A model generated the notes under the pieces. It was not told where the DNA came from, ran no database searches, and worked only from the letters and a program-made list of their open reading frames with translations. Of a stretch of DNA of 64,000 bases, positions 48,052 to 59,637 are shown piece after piece. The DNA is from an uncultured Chitinophagaceae bacterium (GTDB lineage: Bacteria > Bacteroidota > Ignavibacteria > UBA10030 > UBA8401). The stretch spans positions 16,597-80,596 of the forward strand of contig CAZXQG010000005.1 in assembly GCA_964642725.1 (NCBI GenBank). Reading direction: 5' to 3'. The translations under genes were made by a program, and so were the position numbers. Positions within the stretch are counted from its first letter, which is position 1, and each line of letters begins with the position of its first letter.

Positions 48052-49260
48052 TTAGCAGAGAATCTTTACAATGTCTTGTTGAATGGGTTCCCCGGGTATG
48101 ATGATCTTCTTTTCTTTAGAAATGTACACGTCAATTTCCAAACGTACGCCAAATTCACCCGGTAGGTAAATTCCGGGTTCGATAGAAAAACATGTTTCAG
48201 GAATAATCTCGCGACGGTCATGGGTCTCCAGGTTGTCGATGTTGGCGCCGTTCCCATGGACTTCTGTTCCGATATTGTGCCCCGTGCGGTGAATAAAATA
48301 TTCGCCATATCCGTTGCCGGCGATAAATTTGCGGGTAATATCATCCACGTCGCATCCCCGTACTTTGCGCCCGCCGGCGAATTCTTTCTTCAAATAATCC
48401 ACTGCCGCATCACGCGCTCCTTTGACGATTTCAAAAACTTTTTGATATTTGGCGGGGATATTCTCTCCGGCATATGCTACCCAAGTAATATCAGAATAAA
48501 CACTCTCTGGCTTGTCCTTCTTCGCCCAGAGATCGATCAAAACATAATCTCCTTTTTTTACTTCCGAAAAAATCTCTTTTGCCGGTTCATAGTGAGGATT
48601 TGCTGCGTTCGCGTTCACCGAGCAATTTGGAGCATCGTCGATAACGAGATTGTTCTCTTTGAAGTATTCGACCATTCGCTGCTGCACGTCGTACTCCGTC
48701 ACTTTTTGTCCAGCGCGCAATCTCTCGCCGATGAATCCGAATGCGACATCGACCGTCTTTCGCAATACTTTTGACGTTTCAAACTGATCGTTCCGCTGTT
48801 CATCCGTCCAGCGGGCTTCAAAATATTGAACGATATCTGCGGATGAAACGACTTCGACCCCGAACGAACGGATAAGCTCTACCGTCCCCGCATCGACTTT
48901 TGAAACATACGGGATATCATTGTTCGGAGAATATTCCATCGCAACCGATTTCATTCCGCGAAGAGTTCCCTTGAGGGCTTCCTGGAGCGATTGCCAGCTA
49001 ACATAGACTGTTTTGTTGCCGGGGAGATGGTCGAGATTGTATTGTTCAATGCCATGAACAAGTTTCTGCGGCGTGCCTTGTGCAGGGATGAAGTAGAAAT
49101 ATCGCCGCATTTGCGTGAGGTGCGACGGGAGTTCCAGTAATTTCGAAGCAAAAATATTGGATTGCCTGAAATTATATAACAGCCATCCATCTAGGTTGTA
49201 GGTTTTAAGCGTTGTCTGAATCGCTGAAATTCTTTGAATTAATTCGCCAGCTTTTGACAT
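48052..49260 (-). CDS. M24 family Xaa-Pro aminopeptidase/dipeptidase
   Basis: 'GDYVLIDLW', 'HRTGHNIGTEVHG', 'FSIEPGIYLPGEFGVRLE' pita-bread metal-ligand motifs. Confidence 0.8.
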   Translation of the reverse strand: MSKAGELIQRISAIQTTLKTYNLDGWLLYNFRQSNIFASKLLELPSHLTQMRRYFYFIPAQGTPQKLVHGIEQYNLDHLPGNKTVYVSWQSLQEALKGTLRGMKSVAMEYSPNNDIPYVSKVDAGTVELIRSFGVEVVSSADIVQYFEARWTDEQRNDQFETSKVLRKTVDVAFGFIGERLRAGQKVTEYDVQQRMVEYFKENNLVIDDAPNCSVNANAANPHYEPAKEIFSEVKKGDYVLIDLWAKKDKPESVYSDITWVAYAGENIPAKYQKVFEIVKGARDAAVDYLKKEFAGGRKVRGCDVDDITRKFIAGNGYGEYFIHRTGHNIGTEVHGNGANIDNLETHDRREIIPETCFSIEPGIYLPGEFGVRLEIDVYISKEKKIIIPGEPIQQDIVKILC

Positions 49261-49334
49261 GGAATGTGTCCTCTGCTAATGTCGGGAAATGTCGTTGCCT
49301 GCTACATGTCCGCCAATATAAATAATTCTTACTC

Positions 49335-49371
49335 AAATAAAAATCCCCGAACGCGTTTTCGCATTCGGGGA
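49335..49371 (-). terminator. rho-independent terminator of groESL
   Basis: Minus strand: TCCCCGAA-loop-TTCGGGGA followed by TTTTTATTT, 29 nt after the groEL stop. Confidence 0.7.
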
Positions 49372-49399
49372 CTTTGTATTCTGCTTGCTGCAATGCTTC

Positions 49400-51073
<1,674 letters not shown>

Positions 51074-51077
51074 TCAA

Positions 51078-51368
51078 TTACTTAGGCATGATCGCGAAAA
51101 CGTCGCTCTCACGCATGATAAGGACTTCTTCCCCGTCGACCGTAACCTCTGTTCCAGAGTATTTTCCATAAAGAACTTTGTCGCCCACTTTCACTTCCAT
51201 CGGAACTTTCTTCCCTTCCTCTGTAAGTTTCCCGGGTCCTGCAGCCACCACCTCGCCCCATACCGGTTTCTCTTTGGCAGTATCCGGAAGGATAATTCCG
51301 CCTTTTGTTTTTTCTTCAGCCTCGGCAGGCTTTACAACAATTCTGTCAGCCAAAGGATGTAATTTCAT
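51078..51368 (-). CDS. groES: co-chaperonin GroES
   Basis: 96 aa; '[33 protein letters not shown]'. Confidence 0.97.
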   Translation of the reverse strand: MKLHPLADRIVVKPAEAEEKTKGGIILPDTAKEKPVWGEVVAAGPGKLTEEGKKVPMEVKVGDKVLYGKYSGTEVTVDGEEVLIMRESDVFAIMPK

Positions 51369-51440
51369 ACAAGTCTCCTTAACTTTAGGTTGATACCGTG
51401 TAACTATGTTATTTTATGTAATTTAGAGCGTCAAGATCTA

Positions 51441-51467
51441 TTAGCACTCATCACCTATGAGTGCTAA
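51441..51467. promoter_or_regulatory. CIRCE operator (HrcA binding site)
   Basis: Perfect TTAGCACTC-N9-GAGTGCTAA, 73 nt upstream of the groES start. Confidence 0.9.
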
Positions 51468-51494
51468 TATACATACGATTGTTGGGAATGTCAA
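51466..51494 (-). promoter_or_regulatory. putative groESL promoter
   Basis: Minus strand: TTGACA-17 nt-TATATT, with the -10 box overlapping the CIRCE left arm. Confidence 0.55.
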
Positions 51495-51504
51495 GCCTCT
51501 GAGG

Positions 51505-52194
51505 TCAGATTTTGGTCCCGGAAACGATCAGGACGAATTCCCCCTTAATTTGGCGGGACGAGAGCACTTGCCGGATAGAAGATAGTCTCCCTCGAAGGAT
51601 CTCTTCAAATTTTTTTGTCATTTCACGACCGATGACGGCTTCCCGGTCGCCAAAACTATTTTGAAGATCTTCAAGAGTTTTAAGGATGCGGTGTGGAGAT
51701 TCGTAGAAGATAATTGTCCGGGGCTCATCTTTCAATTGTGATAATTTTGTTAAACGCCCTTTCTTGTGCGGAAGAAATCCTTCGAAAACAAACGACTGGG
51801 TCGGCATTCCGCTCGCAACAAGTACCGGAACAAAGGCTGTCGGGCCCGGAAGCGGGACAACCGGCAGCTCGTTCCGAATGCAGGCTTGAATAATCGAGTA
51901 CGCGGGGTCTGAAATCCCAGGCGTCCCTGCATCAGAAACGAGAGCGACAGCCAAACCTTCTTTCAGCTTTTCAATTATTTGTGGAACACGAATCGTCTCG
52001 TTATGGCTGAAAAAGCTAAGAAGCGGTTTTTGGATTTGGAGATGATCGAGTAGAACTTTTGTCGTGCGCGTGTCTTCCGCCGCAATCACATCAACTGCCG
52101 ACAGAATTTTCACCGCTCGATAGGTGATATCGTCAAGGTTGCCAATCGGAGTTGGAACAATGTACAGCGTTCCTGGGCGAATTTCTTCCGGCAT
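51505..52194 (-). CDS. rsmI: 16S rRNA (cytidine1402-2'-O)-methyltransferase
   Basis: 'TLYIVPTPIGNLDDITYRAVKIL...IAAEDTR', 'SDAGTPGISDP'. Confidence 0.9.
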   Translation of the reverse strand: MPEEIRPGTLYIVPTPIGNLDDITYRAVKILSAVDVIAAEDTRTTKVLLDHLQIQKPLLSFFSHNETIRVPQIIEKLKEGLAVALVSDAGTPGISDPAYSIIQACIRNELPVVPLPGPTAFVPVLVASGMPTQSFVFEGFLPHKKGRLTKLSQLKDEPRTIIFYESPHRILKTLEDLQNSFGDREAVIGREMTKKFEEILRGRLSSIRQVLSSRQIKGEFVLIVSGTKI

Positions 52195-52198
52195 CGGC

Positions 52199-53047
52199 CT
52201 ATATACCCCAATCGCGAACGTAACGGAAATCTACGTTGACAGTCCGTTGTGATATCTTTGCCACGACCGGCGGCCGTCGCTTGAATTGGTTTTGTTTCAC
52301 GCGCTTCTTGATTTTGGCAATAAACTTTTTCTCAAACCCCAACGCCGCCAGTTCATCATCCCTGCGGCGCTCATCAATCATGTAGTACAACAGCCGGTCG
52401 ACATCGCTGTACAAAAAACCGAGCTCGCCTTCATCCGTCTGGTCCTGCCATAGATCCGCCGTCGGCTTCTTTTCAATAATCTTGCGAGGAACACCTAGAG
52501 CTTGCGCCAGCTGCCATACCTGCGTTTTAAAAAGGTCGCCGAGCGGGTTCACCGCGCATGCCATGTCGCCAAACAATGTGCCGTACCCCAGCATCGTTTC
52601 TGTCTTGTTCGACGTTCCTACAACGAGCGCGTTGTGATGAAGGGATCGATCATAGAGAATGATCATTCGCATCCGCGCCATAATGTTGCCGCGACGGACG
52701 TTGTCTTTGATATGCTGAGATGTAATAAACGGATCAACCATCGGAGTAATATCGACAATTTCCGAATGGACCTTCAGTTCCTTCACAACCGACTCAGCAT
52801 CGGATTTGCTTTCCGGGCTGCTCGACGAATACGGCATCAAGACAACAAACACATTTTCTTTCCCCAATGCTTCCGCAGAAAGATAAGCGGAAACGGCAGA
52901 ATCCACTCCCCCGGACAATCCGATCACCGCCTTTGTAAATCCGGCATTATGAATCTGGTCACGGACAAAATCAACCAGCATTTTACGCACAAATACTGGA
53001 TTAAGAAGCAGCTCATTACCGGAAATGGTTCTAGTCGTAGTTTCCAT
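52199..53047 (-). CDS. nadE: NH3-dependent NAD+ synthetase
   Basis: 282 aa; PP-loop 'GLSGGVDSAV', 'GTSNKTE', 'PTADLW'. Confidence 0.88.
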   Translation of the reverse strand: METTTRTISGNELLLNPVFVRKMLVDFVRDQIHNAGFTKAVIGLSGGVDSAVSAYLSAEALGKENVFVVLMPYSSSSPESKSDAESVVKELKVHSEIVDITPMVDPFITSQHIKDNVRRGNIMARMRMIILYDRSLHHNALVVGTSNKTETMLGYGTLFGDMACAVNPLGDLFKTQVWQLAQALGVPRKIIEKKPTADLWQDQTDEGELGFLYSDVDRLLYYMIDERRRDDELAALGFEKKFIAKIKKRVKQNQFKRRPPVVAKISQRTVNVDFRYVRDWGI

Positions 53048-53059
53048 AGTTTTCTGTTT

Positions 53060-54496
53060 TCAAAGTTCGCCAATGTTGAGTTCTTGAAGAGCTTTTCGCA
53101 TGATGGTGAATCCCTCTTCCAGCTCGCCGCGTTGAATTGTCAACGGCGGCCTGAAGCGAATGGAACGGTCACCGCATCCAATGATGATCAAGCCTTCTTC
53201 GTACGCTTTCTGGCGCAGCTGATCCCGGTTTTGCGCCGAGTCCATGTCGATAGCGCACATCATTCCACGCCCGCGCACATTGGAAACTAACGACGGAAAC
53301 TCGGCTCCCATCGCATTCAACTCTTGCAGCATGAATTCTCCTTGCACGTGTGCGTTTTCTACCAAGCGTTCTTCCTCAATGATCTCCATTATTCTCGTGA
53401 AACGCACCATGTCAACTAAATTGCCGCCGAATGTCGAGTTGAGTCGGCTCGGCTTGTGAAACACATTGTCAAGAACATCATCAATACGCGTGCTGCTCAT
53501 AAAGCCGCATACATGAGTCTTCTTGCCAAACGCCATCAAATCCGGTTTCACAAAATATTCATGAGCCCACATTTTTCCCGTAAGCCCGATTCCTGTCTGG
53601 ACTTCATCAAAGATAAGAAGGATTTCATTCTCATCACAGATCTGACGAAGCTTCACCAGAAATTCCTTCCGGAAATGATTATCGCCTCCCTCGGCTTGGA
53701 TTGGTTCGATAATGATTGCCGCAATGTCGTCCGGATTGTTAATGATCGCTTCTTTGATTTGACGGACGGCAGCCTCTTCATCATCCATTACTTCTTTTAA
53801 ATGAACGCCATTGAGCGGGAACGTAATGGCGGGATTTAAGATTCGGGGCCATTTGAATTTGGGGAAATAATTCGTTTTCGTCGGATCTGTGTTGGTAAGC
53901 GATAATGTGTAGCCGCTGCGTCCGTGAAACGCTCGGCGAAAATGAATGATCTGCCTTCCCCTCTCTTCTGTATAGCCTTTGATAAAATTCTTACGAACCT
54001 TCCAATCGAACGCTGTCTTCAATGCGTTCTCAACTGCCAGCGCGCCGCCGTCGACAAAAAAAGCGTAGGGCAAATACTCCGGTTGTACGATGCGCGAAAA
54101 GGTCTCGACAAACTCGGCCATTTCCACGCTGTAAACATCGGAATTAGAAGGCTTGTTGACCGCTACTGCTGCGAGCTTCTCAAGAAACTCCCGTTCCGTC
54201 ATCTTCGGATGATTCATTCCAACCGCGGAGGAACCGAAGAAGGAGAAAAAATCGAGATATCGTTTGTTGAAGCGCGAATCGTACAAATAACAACCTTGAC
54301 TCTTCTTCAGATCGACAACCAGGTCGAATCCGTCAACAAGCATATGATGCGAAAGCGTGAGATGGACGTCTGTCGACGGGACGGTAATTGGAGTTTTCGT
54401 GGTAGGCTTGCTCAGTGGTTTCTTTTGACGGCTGTCGCCGCCGTTATTTTTTGTTCCACCATCGTCGCTCGCCTTTTTGACGGCTGATTCTGACAT
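53060..54496 (-). CDS. lat: class-III aminotransferase, L-lysine 6-transaminase-like
   Basis: 'VVDLKKSQGCYLYDSRFNKRYLDFFSFFGSSAVGMNHP' and the PLP-Lys region 'DLMAFGKKTHVCGF' resemble LAT as I recall it (M. tuberculosis / Flavobacterium). Start at ATG 54496 (GAGGTG box upstream). Confidence 0.7.
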   Translation of the reverse strand: MSESAVKKASDDGGTKNNGGDSRQKKPLSKPTTKTPITVPSTDVHLTLSHHMLVDGFDLVVDLKKSQGCYLYDSRFNKRYLDFFSFFGSSAVGMNHPKMTEREFLEKLAAVAVNKPSNSDVYSVEMAEFVETFSRIVQPEYLPYAFFVDGGALAVENALKTAFDWKVRKNFIKGYTEERGRQIIHFRRAFHGRSGYTLSLTNTDPTKTNYFPKFKWPRILNPAITFPLNGVHLKEVMDDEEAAVRQIKEAIINNPDDIAAIIIEPIQAEGGDNHFRKEFLVKLRQICDENEILLIFDEVQTGIGLTGKMWAHEYFVKPDLMAFGKKTHVCGFMSSTRIDDVLDNVFHKPSRLNSTFGGNLVDMVRFTRIMEIIEEERLVENAHVQGEFMLQELNAMGAEFPSLVSNVRGRGMMCAIDMDSAQNRDQLRQKAYEEGLIIIGCGDRSIRFRPPLTIQRGELEEGFTIMRKALQELNIGEL

Positions 54497-54790
54497 GTTA
54501 CACCTCAAGTTTTTTTTCGGTTCGATGAAAGAGTGGTGCCGTACCTCAGCCACCGTACCTCAGAAAAACTCCTGATGCTCGAATAACGAAACGAAATACA
54601 GGTGAAACATGCTTGTCATTCAAATACTGTTACAATTGAAAACTTTTCTTGCCTACCGTCAAGTCGCCGAATGCCAAAGGTATTGTGTTGGTCTTTATCG
54701 CCATCACTTATTGGCGCACTTGGCCTCTCGTGCCGAAGGCATCACTTCGTGAGCGGTGAAAGATACAATATCAATTATTTGGAGTTGACT

Positions 54791-56278
54791 CTAGTAATTG
54801 TCTATTTGTGCCCGTTGCAACGTGCCGCTGTAATCAACATAGACAGCTTTCCATTCCGTGAAGAAATCGTAGACAGTCCAGCCACCTTCACGATGGCCGT
54901 TGCCGGTTTGTTTCACACCTCCGAATGGCAGATGCGCCTCTGCTCCAATTGTAGGAACATTGACGTATGTGATACCGGCTTTGATATCCCGTACCGCGAT
55001 GAAGGCTTTATTGACGTCGCGAGTGTAGATCGACGACGAAAGGCCGTATACAGTGTTGTTGAGAATCGAGATGCTCTCATCCAATGACTTCGAACGAATC
55101 ACTGACAACACCGGTCCAAAAATCTCTTCTTTCGCTATCCGCATTTCCGGAGTGACATCGGTAAAAATCGTCGGCTCGTGAAACCACCCTTTGCTCAGTC
55201 CGTCTCCTTTTGCTATCGAACCGCCGGCTGTGAGCCTTGCTCCTTCTGCCTGTCCTACCTCAACATACTCATGCACATTCTCACGTTGTTTTTCGTTCAC
55301 ACACGGACCAACGTCGGTTGTGGGCAACAACCCGTCGCCAAGCCGCAATTTCTTCGTTCGCTCAAGGAGCATGGACATGAATTTATCGTAAATCTTTTCA
55401 TGCAGGATGAGCCGGCTTGTGGCAGTGCACCGCTGACCAGTAGTTCCGAACGCGCCCCACAATACGCCATCCAATGCAAGGTCGAGGTCGGCATCGTCCA
55501 TCACGATTTGCGCATTTTTTCCCCCGAGCTCAAGCGAGACACGCTTGAGCGTTTCAGTCGCGTCCTTTTGAATTTGTTTTCCCACGACAGTCGAGCCGGT
55601 GAAAGAAATCAAATCAATATCGGGGTGGGATGTAATTGCGCTGCCGACTTCACTTCCTGCCCCGTGAACAATGTTGACCACGCCTTCCGGGATACCGGCA
55701 TCCATCATAATCTCAACCAATGTGGCAGCGGTTTTCGGCGTGTCTGTCGCCGGTTTAAAAACGACGGTATTGCCGGAAAGAACGGCGGGAAAAATCTTCC
55801 ATGTTGGAATCGCCATCGGAAAATTCCAGGGAGTGATAATGCCTGCAACTCCGATCGGAACACGGATTGCCATTGCAAATTTGTTTGGAAGCTCCGACGG
55901 AACGGTGTGGCCGAACAACCGCCGTCCTTCCGACGAAGCATAGTACGCAGTATCAATCCCCTCCTGCACATCGCCGCGAGTTTCCGCGATGACTTTTCCC
56001 ATTTCCCGCGTCATTTCCCGCGCCAGTTCCTCTTTGCGGGCAACCATGATGTCCCCGATCTTCCGCAGAATGTCGCCGCGCTTCGGAGCGGGAACAAGCC
56101 GCCATTTCTCAAAAGCCGCGCGCGCAGCCTTCACCGCTTCGTCAACATCCTCTTTGCCCGACTTCGGAAAAACGCCGATCAATTCATCCCAATTCGCGGG
56201 GTTACGATTCTCGAAAGTCCTCCCCGATTTCGCGTCAACCCGCTTTCCGTTGATAAGGTTTTGAAATTTCTGTGACAT
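54791..56278 (-). CDS. NAD(P)-dependent aldehyde dehydrogenase (possibly alpha-aminoadipic semialdehyde dehydrogenase)
   Basis: 495 aa; 'ITPWNFP', 'VVFKPA', 'FTGST.VG', 'LELGGKN', 'GQRCTA'. The substrate guess rests only on adjacency to lat. Confidence 0.85.
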   Translation of the reverse strand: MSQKFQNLINGKRVDAKSGRTFENRNPANWDELIGVFPKSGKEDVDEAVKAARAAFEKWRLVPAPKRGDILRKIGDIMVARKEELAREMTREMGKVIAETRGDVQEGIDTAYYASSEGRRLFGHTVPSELPNKFAMAIRVPIGVAGIITPWNFPMAIPTWKIFPAVLSGNTVVFKPATDTPKTAATLVEIMMDAGIPEGVVNIVHGAGSEVGSAITSHPDIDLISFTGSTVVGKQIQKDATETLKRVSLELGGKNAQIVMDDADLDLALDGVLWGAFGTTGQRCTATSRLILHEKIYDKFMSMLLERTKKLRLGDGLLPTTDVGPCVNEKQRENVHEYVEVGQAEGARLTAGGSIAKGDGLSKGWFHEPTIFTDVTPEMRIAKEEIFGPVLSVIRSKSLDESISILNNTVYGLSSSIYTRDVNKAFIAVRDIKAGITYVNVPTIGAEAHLPFGGVKQTGNGHREGGWTVYDFFTEWKAVYVDYSGTLQRAQIDNY

Positions 56279-56327
56279 GAATACTCCAATGTGCGGCGTC
56301 AGCGTGAGATTCTATTTTCGCGTATAC

Positions 56328-57626
56328 TTATTTCCCTAAACCGACTCTCTCAAATATATAATCGACATGGCGCAGGCTTTTCGAGGGATCGAACGCCTCG
56401 TCCAGATCCTCACCGGAGAGCAGTGCTGTTACTTCCGCATCTCCTTCCAGCACTTCCTTAAAATTCTTTTTTGACTGCCAGACATCCATGGCATTTTTTT
56501 GGACAATGCGGTAAGCATCTTCCCGCTTCATTCCTTTTGTCGTCAAGGCGAGCAAAACGGGCTGCGAAAAAACCAGGCCGTGAGTGAGCTCGATATTCAC
56601 TCTCATATTTTGAGGATACACGAGGAGCTTATCAATAACATTCGTCGTCAGAGCAATCATGTAATCGAGGAGGATGCAGCTGTCGGGGACGACAATTCGT
56701 TCGACGGATGAATGTGTGATATCCCGCTCGTGCCAGAGGGCGACATTCTCAAGCGCTGCCTGTGCATTCCCCCGAAGAACACGCGACAGGCCAGCGATTC
56801 GCTCGCAGGTAATCGGGTTGCGTTTGTGCGGCATCGCTGAGGAGCCTTTTTGTCCTTTCGAAAAATACTCTTCGGCTTCCAACACTTCCGTTTTTTGGAG
56901 ATGACGGATTTCAGTCGCGAATTTTTCCAGTGAGCTGCCGACCACCGCAAGAGTCGCCATAAATTCGGCATGACGGTCGCGCTGAAGAATTTGTGTCGAT
57001 ACCGGCGCCGGTTTAAGACCCAGTTTTGCACAAACGTATTCTTCAACGCTGGGGCTCAAATGCTCGAACGTTCCGACTGCCCCTGAAATCTGCCCAACGG
57101 AAATCGTCTCAATGGCGTGCAGAAGGCGCTGAATGTTCCGCCGCGTCTCATCGAACCAGAGCGCCAACTTCAGTCCAAATGTGGTCGGTTCGGCATGGAT
57201 GCCGTGCGACCGTCCGATCATTACCGTTGTCTTAAATTCTTTGGCGCGGCGGGCAAGAACATCACGTAATTCTTCCAATCCTTTCAGCAGAAGCTCGCCC
57301 GATTGCTTCATCTGCACCGCCAACGCAGTGTCGAGTACGTCAGACGATGTCATTCCAAGATGGATGTAGCGCGATTCCGGACCGACGTATTCGCCGACGT
57401 TCGTCAAGAAAGCGATGACGTCATGTTTCACTTCCTGTTCAATCTCGTCGATCCGCGCTATATCGAACTTTGCTTTCTCACGAATAACCGCTACCGCATC
57501 TTTCGGGATGACGCCCAACTCAGCCTGCGCTTCGCATGCAAGGATTTCTATTCGCAGCCAAATGGAGAATTTGTTTTGATCATTCCATATTTTGCCCATC
57601 ACCGGGCGGGTATATCGTGCAATCAT
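56328..57626 (-). CDS. purB: adenylosuccinate lyase
   Basis: 432 aa; 'MIARYTRPVMGKIW', 'GMTSSDVLDT', 'GSSAMPHKRNP'. Confidence 0.95.
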   Translation of the reverse strand: MIARYTRPVMGKIWNDQNKFSIWLRIEILACEAQAELGVIPKDAVAVIREKAKFDIARIDEIEQEVKHDVIAFLTNVGEYVGPESRYIHLGMTSSDVLDTALAVQMKQSGELLLKGLEELRDVLARRAKEFKTTVMIGRSHGIHAEPTTFGLKLALWFDETRRNIQRLLHAIETISVGQISGAVGTFEHLSPSVEEYVCAKLGLKPAPVSTQILQRDRHAEFMATLAVVGSSLEKFATEIRHLQKTEVLEAEEYFSKGQKGSSAMPHKRNPITCERIAGLSRVLRGNAQAALENVALWHERDITHSSVERIVVPDSCILLDYMIALTTNVIDKLLVYPQNMRVNIELTHGLVFSQPVLLALTTKGMKREDAYRIVQKNAMDVWQSKKNFKEVLEGDAEVTALLSGEDLDEAFDPSKSLRHVDYIFERVGLGK

Positions 57627-57640
57627 TTGCTATCAGAGCC

Positions 57641-58831
57641 TTATGTTCGTTTCTCGAGTGTCAGATTAACTTTGAATGTCCTTTTATCACGGTAGACTGT
57701 TAAATTGAGGATATCGCCTGCTTTTGCATCGTTAATGATTGCGATAATCGTTTCTTCGGTTTGAATTTTTTCGCCGTTGATTTCCAGGATAATGTCGCCG
57801 ACCTTTAAGTCCGCCTTCTCTGCGGGACTGCTTTTCTTGATGTCGCTGATGATAACCCCCTCGGCATTTTTTAGACCAAAATACTTCGCGATGCGCTGGT
57901 CGACAATATTCACTTCCATTCCCGTCCAGAAGTTGCGTTCGACTTTCCCTTTTTTCTGAAGTTCATCCACGATCGACTTCACCCGGTTGATCGGAATGGC
58001 AAAGCCGTAGCCGATATACGCCTGGCTCACACCGGCAGTGTAAATGAGCGTGTTGATCCCGATAACCTCTCCCGCGCTATTGACAAGCGGCCCGCCGCTA
58101 TTCCCAGCATTGATCACCGCATCGGTCTGTATCAGGCCGCGGTATGAGCGATTCTCGTCGACATTCAGGTTCATTCCCTTGGCGCTGACAACGCCAACGG
58201 TAACAATCGGCTTGTCGATATTCTCAAATAGTCCGAACGGGTTGCCGAACGTGATCACCCATTCGCCGATGATAACATCGTCGGAATTCCCGAGCTTGAC
58301 ATACGGAAAGTCTTTCCCTTTGATCTTAAGCAACGCAACGTCCGAAACCATGTCCGTGCCGACAAGGTCAGCCGGAAATTTTTCTCCGTTCGTCATCGTT
58401 ACGATAATTTCTTTTGCATTCCCGGCCACGTGGTCGTTCGTAAGGATGTATCCTTCAGGTGAGATGATGAATCCGGACCCTAAACCTTTTACTTCCTGCT
58501 TTAGACTCCTATTGCCAAAAAACTGACGGAAGAACGGGTCATCCCCGAAAAAATTTGAAAACGGATCCCGATATTCCCTCACCTCGGTTACGGTAATGCC
58601 GACGATCGCCGGGCTCACGCTCTCCACCGTCGCCGTAATAGCATTCTTCCTCGATTTCGAAATATCGTCGTCCGAATTTTTCTGCTGTTCCTGGGAAGTA
58701 AACAACGAGCTTTGCAGCTGTGAGCCCGTCGTACCGGCATTCGACGCATTGCTTCTCGGTGCGAGAGAATATCCGAGTACGCCGCCGGCACCAATGCAGA
58801 CGATAAATAACAAAAGCGCCTTTCGTGACAT
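57641..58831 (-). CDS. HtrA/DegP-family periplasmic serine endoprotease with one PDZ domain
   Basis: 'TNDHVA', 'DVALLK', 'GNSGGPLVN' triad context; C-terminal PDZ ('GVIISDIKKSSPAEKADLKVGDIILEING'). Confidence 0.88.
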   Translation of the reverse strand: MSRKALLLFIVCIGAGGVLGYSLAPRSNASNAGTTGSQLQSSLFTSQEQQKNSDDDISKSRKNAITATVESVSPAIVGITVTEVREYRDPFSNFFGDDPFFRQFFGNRSLKQEVKGLGSGFIISPEGYILTNDHVAGNAKEIIVTMTNGEKFPADLVGTDMVSDVALLKIKGKDFPYVKLGNSDDVIIGEWVITFGNPFGLFENIDKPIVTVGVVSAKGMNLNVDENRSYRGLIQTDAVINAGNSGGPLVNSAGEVIGINTLIYTAGVSQAYIGYGFAIPINRVKSIVDELQKKGKVERNFWTGMEVNIVDQRIAKYFGLKNAEGVIISDIKKSSPAEKADLKVGDIILEINGEKIQTEETIIAIINDAKAGDILNLTVYRDKRTFKVNLTLEKRT

Positions 58832-58832
58832 T

Positions 58833-59456
58833 TTATTTCCCGTTTCTTGTTCGTGATAAAATCAAATCCCGGAGGGGTCCGATATGCCGGATGAACAGAA
58901 CTGCAGACATCACGGAATAGGCCAAAAGAATCTCAGCGTCTGAAAAAGCTGCAATCGTGAACTTCACAATGAATTCGTTCGGCAAAATGAAACCCATCAT
59001 TGGCGACCCAATGATCGCAACAACGTTTCCGACATGGACATTCTTCGAAAAAGAATATCCTACAACCCAACAAAGAAGCCACATTGCGACGAAAATCCAG
59101 CTTACCATCAGCATTGCCCCAGCGGCGGGGGCCAACCCTCGCCCCCCCTTAAACTTCAGCCACACGGGATAACAATGCCCCACGACAATACCAAGGAGAG
59201 CCGTAAAAAGAGGCGCCGTCGTTGAACCAAAAAATAGAGATGTAAGGAAGATTGCGAATGCGCCTTTTAACACATCGATAACAAGCACAAAAAGACCGAC
59301 AAACCGTTCACCAGTCACTTCGTATGCATTGAGCGTCCCAACGTTGCCGCTGCCTGCGGTCCGAATATCGAAATGTGCTCTTCGTTTGACAACAATGTAG
59401 GCAGTAGGCAGGGAACCGATGAGATAACTAAGGACAAAAGCTTCCAGGATTAGCAA
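58833..59456 (-). CDS. plsY: glycerol-3-phosphate acyltransferase PlsY
   Basis: 'YLIGSLPTAYIV', 'GSGNVGTLN', 'VGHCYPVWLKFKGGRGLA'. TTG start. Confidence 0.8.
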   Translation of the reverse strand: MLILEAFVLSYLIGSLPTAYIVVKRRAHFDIRTAGSGNVGTLNAYEVTGERFVGLFVLVIDVLKGAFAIFLTSLFFGSTTAPLFTALLGIVVGHCYPVWLKFKGGRGLAPAAGAMLMVSWIFVAMWLLCWVVGYSFSKNVHVGNVVAIIGSPMMGFILPNEFIVKFTIAAFSDAEILLAYSVMSAVLFIRHIGPLRDLILSRTRNGK

Positions 59457-59589
59457 AAAATTGCTGCCGCACTATTGAGTGTTTAATGTTTGCGAAAGCA
59501 AAGTAGCAAAAAATCGTCCGATAGTCAAGGTAAGCAGCGGGACATTTCCGTATAACTTGAAGTCAACACAGCAGTTGTACCGGCCTTCC

Positions 59590-59618
59590 TTGATTCTTCA
59601 AGCTGAAACGAGTATATT
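59590..59618 (+). promoter_or_regulatory. putative larB promoter
   Basis: TTGATT-17 nt-TATATT, 19 nt upstream of ATG 59638. Confidence 0.4.
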
Positions 59619-59637
59619 CGATAAGAAAAAAAATCAA

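Noticed and set aside
54497-54790. Lysine (L-box) riboswitch in the long spacer upstream of lat
   Set aside because: I read the minus-strand sequence against the L-box core as I remember it (AGAGGNGC...GCCGAAG...GGG...CUGUCA order). Only scattered, wrongly ordered fragments were present. An Infernal scan would be the decisive test.
55178-56275. 365-aa plus-strand ORF covering most of the aldehyde dehydrogenase locus
   Set aside because: It is a shadow ORF antisense to a gene with unmistakable ALDH motifs. Its composition is Arg/Cys/Ser/Phe-rich and low in complexity, and it has no RBS and no recognisable family.
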